From an uncultured Candidatus Saccharibacteria bacterium (GTDB taxonomy: Bacteria > Patescibacteriota > Minisyncoccia > Minisyncoccales > JANBVM01), in assembly GCA_964435835.1 (NCBI GenBank), contig CAYSZX010000006.1, positions 1-39,717 of the forward strand: 39,717 bases of DNA. Direction: 5' to 3'. The position numbers were made by a program, and so were the translations under genes. The notes beneath the pieces were generated by a model that saw only the letters and a list, made by a program, of their open reading frames with translations, made no database searches and had not been told where the DNA came from. Numbering within the stretch: the stretch's first letter is position 1; each line of letters begins with the position of its first letter. This document shows, one piece after another, positions 33,719 to 39,717 of this stretch.

Positions 33719-36377
33719 AAAACAATTTACTTACAAAGCGCAGGAAGCTATTGTTAAAGCTCAGGAATTAAGCAAGAAAAAGAAGCAAAAGCAAATTGAT
33801 GCTTTGCATTTACTTTTTGCTTTGCTGAGTCAAGACGAAAGCATTGTTTTAAATCTTTTAGAAAGAATAGGTATTGATATTGAGAAGCTTAAAGAAAAAG
33901 CAGTTGTTGCCTTAAATGATATTTCTTTAATCTCTACTCCGGATACTATTGGTCAGCTTTACTTAACCCAGGATATGGCTAAAGTGTTGAATGTTGCCCA
34001 GAAGAATGCTCAAAAAATGAAAGATAATTACATTTCTGTTGAACATTTGTTTTTGGCCCTTTTAAGGGTGGATACAAAAGCTAAAGAAGTTTTAGATAAT
34101 GCAACTTTTCTAAAATCAGAAAAAGGAGCTGCTACTCTTGATTACGGGAAATTAAATTATGATATTGCTTTAAAGGAATTATCCAAACTTAGAGGTGATC
34201 AAAGGATAACTGATCGTAAGCCAGAAACTAAGTTTCAAGTTATTGAAAAGTATGCCTTTAATTTAACTTCAGCAGCCCGGAAAGGAGATTTAGATCCGGT
34301 TATCGGGAGAGAAGAAGAAATTAGAAGATTAATGCAGATTATTTCTCGAAGAACTAAGAACAATCCTGTTTTAATCGGAGAGGCAGGAGTAGGTAAAACA
34401 GCTATTGTAGAAGGTTTAGCTCAAAAAATTGTTTCTGGTCAGGTTCCCGATAGTTTAACAGGAAAAGAGTTGATTTCTTTAGATTTAGGAGCTTTAGTAG
34501 CCGGAACAAGATACAGAGGAGAATTTGAAGACAGAGTTAAAGCCTTATTAAAGGAAGTTAAAAAAGCAGCTGGTCATTATCTACTTTTCATTGATGAATT
34601 ACATACTTTAGTAGGAGCAGGGGCAGCTAAAGGCTCAATTGATGCTTCTAATTTATTAAAACCAGCTTTGGCTAGAGGAGAGTTGAAAGCAATTGGAGCT
34701 ACTACTTTAAATGAGTATCAGAAATATGTTGAAAAAGATCAGGCTCTGGAGAGAAGATTTCAGCCTGTTTATATTGAAGAACCTTCTATTGAGGAAACAG
34801 TAATGATATTAAGGGGAATTAAGGAGAAATATGAATTACACCACGGGGTTAAAATCAAAGATTCGGCTTTGGTTACCTGTGCCAAATTAGCTAGTCGTTA
34901 TATTGCTAATAGGTTTCTTCCCGATAAAGCGGTAGATTTGATGGATGAGGCAATGAGTTCTTTAAGATTGGAATTAGAATCAGAACCACCTAAATTAGAG
35001 AAACTTAAAAAAGAAATTAACAAATTGGAAATTGAGGAAGAGGCTATTAAGGATGAAAAAGGTAAGAAAAAAAGAAGAAAAGAAATTAAAAAGAAATTAG
35101 CTAATTTAAAGGAAAAAGAAAAAGAACTTCAGGGTAGGTGGCAGACAGAAAAAGATTTAATTAACAGGATAAAAGATATAAAAGAAGAAATTGAGGATGC
35201 TCGTTTTGAAGCTGAAAGGGCAATCAGTGACGCTGACTTAGAGAAAGTAGCTAAAATAAAATACGGAAAGATTCCTGATCTTGAGAAAGAATTAAAACAG
35301 TCAGAAAATAAACTGGCCAGAATTCAGAAAAAAGATTCTATTTTGAAAGGAGAAGTTACCGATGAAGATATTGCTAAAGTTGTTTCTCAGTGGACGGGTA
35401 TTCCGGTTACTAAATTACTAGAGACAGAAGCTGAAAAATTAAAGAAAATGGAGGACATTTTAAATCAAAGAGTTATCGGGCAGGAAGAAGCCTTGTCAGC
35501 CATTTCTAATGCGGTTAGGAGAGGCAGAGCCGGACTTTCTGAAGAAAACAGACCTCTGGGTTCTTTTATGTTTCTAGGTCCGACAGGAGTTGGTAAAACA
35601 GAAACAGCTAAAGCTTTAGCTAAGTTTTTGTTTAATGATGAAGATGCTTTAATTAGATTTGATATGTCTGAATACATGGAAAAACATAATGTTTCTAAAA
35701 TGATAGGATCTCCTCCTGGTTATGTAGGACACGAAGAAGGAAATCAGTTAACTGACAAGATAAGAAGAAGACCTTATTCAATTGTCTTATTAGATGAAAT
35801 TGAAAAAGCTCATCCGGAAGTTTTTAATATTCTTCTTCAAGTTTTAGAAGACGGAAGATTAACAGATTCTAAAGGTAGAGTGGCTTCTTTTAAAAATACT
35901 ATTTTGATTATGACTTCAAATGTTGGTTCTGATATCATTTCTCAGAAGGCAGCTTTTGGTTTTGCTAGTAAAGAAGAAAAAGAAGCTAAAAGAGATGAAC
36001 TGGAGGAAAGAGTAAAAACTGCTTTAAAGAAAGAGTTTAAGCCGGAATTTTTAAATCGAGTTGATGATATTGTTATCTTTAATTATTTAAGTAAGGAAGA
36101 TGTCCGGGAAATTGTTGATTTAGAAATGGAAAAAGTTATTAAAAGGCTTGCGGCAAAAGATATTAATCTCAAAATGACTAAAAAAGCTAGGAAATTTATA
36201 GCTGAGGAGGGATTTGATCAGAAACTGGGAGCAAGACCTATTAAAAGGGTTATCCAAAAGGAAGTATTAGATCCTTTGGCTATGAAAGTTATTTCTGGCG
36301 ATGTTAAGTCAGGCGATAAAGTAACAGTTAGTACTAAGAAAGGAGAAGTTTATTTTAGAATTCCCAAAAGAAAATGA
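33711..36377 (+). CDS. clpB: ATP-dependent chaperone ClpB
   Basis: Clp N-domain, GEAGVGKT, long coiled-coil M domain ending [28 protein letters not shown]. Confidence 0.95.
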   Translation: MNRKQFTYKAQEAIVKAQELSKKKKQKQIDALHLLFALLSQDESIVLNLLERIGIDIEKLKEKAVVALNDISLISTPDTIGQLYLTQDMAKVLNVAQKNAQKMKDNYISVEHLFLALLRVDTKAKEVLDNATFLKSEKGAATLDYGKLNYDIALKELSKLRGDQRITDRKPETKFQVIEKYAFNLTSAARKGDLDPVIGREEEIRRLMQIISRRTKNNPVLIGEAGVGKTAIVEGLAQKIVSGQVPDSLTGKELISLDLGALVAGTRYRGEFEDRVKALLKEVKKAAGHYLLFIDELHTLVGAGAAKGSIDASNLLKPALARGELKAIGATTLNEYQKYVEKDQALERRFQPVYIEEPSIEETVMILRGIKEKYELHHGVKIKDSALVTCAKLASRYIANRFLPDKAVDLMDEAMSSLRLELESEPPKLEKLKKEINKLEIEEEAIKDEKGKKKRRKEIKKKLANLKEKEKELQGRWQTEKDLINRIKDIKEEIEDARFEAERAISDADLEKVAKIKYGKIPDLEKELKQSENKLARIQKKDSILKGEVTDEDIAKVVSQWTGIPVTKLLETEAEKLKKMEDILNQRVIGQEEALSAISNAVRRGRAGLSEENRPLGSFMFLGPTGVGKTETAKALAKFLFNDEDALIRFDMSEYMEKHNVSKMIGSPPGYVGHEEGNQLTDKIRRRPYSIVLLDEIEKAHPEVFNILLQVLEDGRLTDSKGRVASFKNTILIMTSNVGSDIISQKAAFGFASKEEKEAKRDELEERVKTALKKEFKPEFLNRVDDIVIFNYLSKEDVREIVDLEMEKVIKRLAAKDINLKMTKKARKFIAEEGFDQKLGARPIKRVIQKEVLDPLAMKVISGDVKSGDKVTVSTKKGEVYFRIPKRK

Positions 36378-37087
36378 AAAAAACTATTTCTAATTTAATA
36401 GGAATTTTGATAATTAGCATTATTGGAGGGATTATTGCCCAGCAGCTTGTCTGGCCCTGGTTGTTACAGTATTCTTTCTTTGCTCAGTATAAGAAGGAGG
36501 AATCTCCTATTCATATTACCGAGCAGGAAAAGATTTATATTGAAGAAAATACTGCTTTGGAAGAAGCAGTTAAAAAGGTGGAAAAGTCTGTTATTGGAGT
36601 GAGAACTATTACTGCGGAAGAAGTTCTTGAAGGCTCAGGCTTGATTATTACTTCAGACGGACTAGCTATTACTTTAGCTGAATTAGTTCCACGAGGAGGA
36701 GATTTTAGTTTTTATGTTAATGAAGAGTTAGTTTCTTACCAGATATTAAAAAGAGACCTAAAAAATAATTTAGCTTTAATTAAGTTAGGAAAGGAGGATT
36801 TAAGTACTCTGGGTTTTGCCGGAATGAATGAAATTAAATTAGGGGAGAGAGTATTTCTTTTGGGTTTTGTTTTTAATGATGAGAACTTAAATAAAGTAGT
36901 TAATGAGGGAACGATAAGGTCTTTAGGAGAAGATTTTATTGAAGCTAATATTTTTGAAAAAGCAACTTTGCTGGGTAGTCCTTTGTTTGATGTTAAAGGA
37001 AAATTACTAGGTTTAAACTTTATTAACGAAGAAGGAAGAGTGACTACTATTCCTGTTAATAAAATTAAAGAATTTACTGGATTTTAA
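36374..37087 (+). CDS. Membrane-anchored trypsin-like (HtrA-fold) protein, catalytically degenerate
   Basis: TM segment, GSGLIITSDG, but TLAELV, NNLA and TLLGSPL occupy the His, Asp and Ser motif positions; no PDZ domain. Confidence 0.8.
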   Translation: MKKTISNLIGILIISIIGGIIAQQLVWPWLLQYSFFAQYKKEESPIHITEQEKIYIEENTALEEAVKKVEKSVIGVRTITAEEVLEGSGLIITSDGLAITLAELVPRGGDFSFYVNEELVSYQILKRDLKNNLALIKLGKEDLSTLGFAGMNEIKLGERVFLLGFVFNDENLNKVVNEGTIRSLGEDFIEANIFEKATLLGSPLFDVKGKLLGLNFINEEGRVTTIPVNKIKEFTGF

Positions 37088-37089
37088 GT

Positions 37090-37191
37090 ATGAAAATTGC
37101 TAGTGAAAAAGGAAACTTTATTTTATTTGATTTTTTTATAACTCTTCTCGTTATTACTTTCGGGCTTTACTTTTTATTCTTGAATTATTGA
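37090..37191 (+). CDS. Possible 33-aa single-TM peptide
   Basis: ATG 2 nt after the upstream stop; MKIASEKGNFILFDFFITLLVITFGLYFLFLNY; below the ORF track cutoff. Confidence 0.35.
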   Translation: MKIASEKGNFILFDFFITLLVITFGLYFLFLNY

Positions 37192-37299
37192 AAAATGAAA
37201 ATTTAAGATTATATTTTTTCCTCTTTAAAGGAATATTTATTATTCCTTTTTTTATTTTAAAATTATTCCAGGGGGTGGTTTTTTAGGTAAAAACAGCCT

Positions 37300-37426
37300 T
37301 GGACATGTAAAGTGTTAACATATACTTAACATATATTTAACATGTTAAAATAAAAAATAATAGTTTTTAGCTTAAAAAGATATTAACATGTTAAGTCTTT
37401 ACATATATTTAACATATTGTTAACAT
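37300..37426. repeat. Phased TTAACAT repeat array (two ~44-bp blocks) upstream of the Fic gene
   Basis: TTAACAT at 37315, 37326, 37337, 37383, 37409 and 37420; variants at 37300 and 37398; palindrome TTAACATGTTAA at 37337 and 37383. Confidence 0.85.
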
Positions 37427-37445
37427 ATTAGCTAAGTTAAAAAAT

Positions 37446-38804
37446 ATGGAAGAAATATTTAAAATAGAAAAACCAAAGCTTAACGAATCTGAAAAAAAGA
37501 AAGCAAAAGAAAAATTTGGCAAATTAAGCCTTAAAGAGTTTAGTAAATACTTCAGAGAAGTTAATGAGCCAAAGTACTTGTATTGGGATAAGATAAAATA
37601 TAAGAAATGTCCTAGTGGCTTGGAGCCAAAGATGTTTTGGTTTTTGGTCAGGAAATTTCGGGATATGCTTTCAGTCGATACTTTAATTAAAAACAAAAAA
37701 GGCAAATACTTTCGTTGGTTTAGGCTACCTTCTACTGAAAAAATATTACATAAGATTGATATTAGTTCGGGAGGACAAATTTTCACCGAAATGTCAACTT
37801 TATTAGGAATGAAAAAACAAAAATTTGTGTCAAGGGGGGTATTAGAGGAAGCCATAGCTTCTAGCCAGCTGGAGGGTGCTAACACTACTAGACAAGTAGC
37901 TAAAGAAATGATCGCCGAAAATCGAGAGCCAAGAAATAAATCAGAGCGAATGATTTTAAATAACTATAAAATGATGACTGAATTAGAAGAAGATTATAAG
38001 AATCAAGATTTGTCTATGGATTTATTACTTGAAATGCATAGAATGTTAACTAAAAAAACAATGAAGGCATCTGAAGTTGGTAGGTTCAGAAAAGATAAAG
38101 ATAATATAGTGATTTCTCATCCTATTGCTTCTAGAAATTATATTACTTTTATTCCGCCCAAAGAGAGCTTTTTGAAAAAAGAAATAAAGAGATTCATAAA
38201 GTATGCCAATGACCAAAATAAAAAGGATGCTTTTTTACATCCTATCATTAAAGCTATTTTTATTCATTTCTGGGTTGGATACCTTCATCCTTTTGTAGAC
38301 GGTAATGGTAGAATGGCGAGAGCCTTGTTTTACTGGTATTTATTAAGAAAAAATTATTGGACCTTTATGTATTTACCAATATCTACGATTATTAAAAAAG
38401 CACCGGCTCAATATGCGATGGCTTATGTTTATTCAGAGCAAGATTCTAGAGATCTAACCTACTTTTATAATTTTCATATTAGAAAAATTGTTCAGTCTTT
38501 AGAAGAATTCAATCGGTATGTTGAAAAAACTATATTGGAAAACAAAGAAGTTGACCAATTATTAAATGGAAATTTTAGTTTTAACAATCGACAGAAAAAC
38601 TTGATTCATTATTTAATTTCGGGGAAAAACAATTATTCTACAGCTACATCTCATAGTACCTTGAATAGAATTTCTAGGCAGACAGCTACTAAAGACTTAA
38701 AAGATCTAGAGGAAAAAGGTTTGGTTTATTCTAAAAAAGAAGGCAGATTTGTAAAATATAGGGCGACAGAGAAATTGTTAAAAATGGCACAGATTAGAAG
38801 GTAA
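37446..38804 (+). CDS. Fic-domain protein with N-terminal inhibitory motif and C-terminal winged HTH
   Basis: HPFVDGNGRMAR Fic motif, SSQLEG (S/T)xxxE(G/N) inhibitory motif, SRQTATKDLKDLEEKGLV HTH. Confidence 0.93.
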   Translation: MEEIFKIEKPKLNESEKKKAKEKFGKLSLKEFSKYFREVNEPKYLYWDKIKYKKCPSGLEPKMFWFLVRKFRDMLSVDTLIKNKKGKYFRWFRLPSTEKILHKIDISSGGQIFTEMSTLLGMKKQKFVSRGVLEEAIASSQLEGANTTRQVAKEMIAENREPRNKSERMILNNYKMMTELEEDYKNQDLSMDLLLEMHRMLTKKTMKASEVGRFRKDKDNIVISHPIASRNYITFIPPKESFLKKEIKRFIKYANDQNKKDAFLHPIIKAIFIHFWVGYLHPFVDGNGRMARALFYWYLLRKNYWTFMYLPISTIIKKAPAQYAMAYVYSEQDSRDLTYFYNFHIRKIVQSLEEFNRYVEKTILENKEVDQLLNGNFSFNNRQKNLIHYLISGKNNYSTATSHSTLNRISRQTATKDLKDLEEKGLVYSKKEGRFVKYRATEKLLKMAQIRR

Positions 38805-38814
38805 TTCTATTTAG

Positions 38815-39717
38815 TTATTCGCATTCTGGACCAGTTACAATATTACATGTCGGGTAAGTGTCTTTTTTATTAGAGCAAAAAGTGTTATTGGTCTTTAATT
38901 TCTCTATTATTGTTTTTAAATTATTGCAATAATCCTCTTTTGAATCGTCAGGTATTGGAGTTAGAGAACAGCCATAATAATTTTGTTTAATTATTGAGTC
39001 AGAAATTGTTATATCTATGCCATCTTGTATGTTGAGGGCAGCGATTTTGATTTTGTGACCAGTGCCACCATGTTTAATGATAGTATTTTCTAAAATGGAG
39101 CCTGAGGAATAAAAGTAGAGACCCATCCAATTGTTCCAATGTCCGGCTTCTATCTCTCCATTTTCTTGTGTATCTCCTCCTGAATTGTCATCAGTTAATG
39201 AAGTAAAGATAATTTTATTTTCTGGTGTTCCTTGTGCTAATATTTTTCCATAAACATAGATTTTTCTTCCGCTTTTAATTTTGACTATTGTCCCTGGTTT
39301 TATAGTTAAAATATTTCCTGATTTTATTTCTATTTTAGATCCTAATATATAGGGTAGGTCTGCAGTCCAAGTTATCGATTTTTTAATTTCGTTCTGGTAT
39401 GGAGAAAGAACTATACCATTTAAGTTATTGTTTTGAGCCGTATTATTAGAAAATTCAGCAGAACTAGAAAGAGTAGCAAAAATGGGGTTTTTATGATTTT
39501 GAAAAGAATTATTTCTTATTTTTGAAAAATCATTGTTTAAATGAATTCCTATCGAATTATTATCAAAAGAACAATTTTCTATTGTTGGGCTTGCTGATTT
39601 TACCTCTAGTCCAATAGTATTATTCTTAAAGTTACAGTTTTGAATAGTTGGTTTTCCTCCTTTTATAAATAATCCTGCTGCTTTTCGAGTGGTGGGAGAT
39701 TCTGTTATATTGTTGAA
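38815..39717 (-). CDS. Right-handed parallel beta-helix repeat protein, C-terminal part (5' end outside window)
   Basis: Frame is open from the window edge for 300 codons: PTIQNCNFKNNTIGL, PTIENCSFDNNSIGI, LTIKPGTIVK, AQGTPENKIIFTS. The ORF track shows only the last 103 aa. Confidence 0.82.
   Translation of the reverse strand, partial: FNNITESPTTRKAAGLFIKGGKPTIQNCNFKNNTIGLEVKSASPTIENCSFDNNSIGIHLNNDFSKIRNNSFQNHKNPIFATLSSSAEFSNNTAQNNNLNGIVLSPYQNEIKKSITWTADLPYILGSKIEIKSGNILTIKPGTIVKIKSGRKIYVYGKILAQGTPENKIIFTSLTDDNSGGDTQENGEIEAGHWNNWMGLYFYSSGSILENTIIKHGGTGHKIKIAALNIQDGIDITISDSIIKQNYYGCSLTPIPDDSKEDYCNNLKTIIEKLKTNNTFCSNKKDTYPTCNIVTGPECE

Noticed and set aside
37300-37426. CRISPR array or oriC
   Set aside because: The units are 7-11 bp without unique spacers, no TTATCCACA DnaA boxes were seen, and no dnaA or rep gene is nearby.

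Overview
AT-rich (roughly 30% GC by eye), densely packed bacterial chromosomal segment using genetic code 11. Gene content, tight gene overlaps, weak or absent Shine-Dalgarno signals and the protein styles suggest a Patescibacteria/CPR (Parcubacteria-like) genome; this is an inference. Most of the window is housekeeping: leuS, glmS, a 2-oxoacid:ferredoxin oxidoreductase pair, murA, a UDP-GlcNAc-related cluster, topA-dprA-pth, lepB-hisS-HIT-rpsU-yqeY-ybeY-ftsA-ftsZ, nrdD-nrdG, comEC, a glycan-enzyme trio and htrA-clpB. Six features stand out. (1) tRNA-Leu(CAA) is followed on the same strand by a ~300-nt GC-rich multi-hairpin non-coding element and then a free-standing two-motif LAGLIDADG endonuclease gene, which is a candidate RNA-associated endonuclease or mobile module. 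(2) The class III RNR NrdD carries two LAGLIDADG inteins, and the first appears to begin with Thr rather than Cys/Ser. (3) An array of helically phased TTAACAT repeats precedes a Fic-HTH gene. (4) GlmU-like halves are encoded separately around tsaC and glmR/yvcK. (5) FtsZ lacks its C-terminal tail. (6) HisRS has a 43-aa charged insertion. All calls come from reading motifs by eye; no searches were run.
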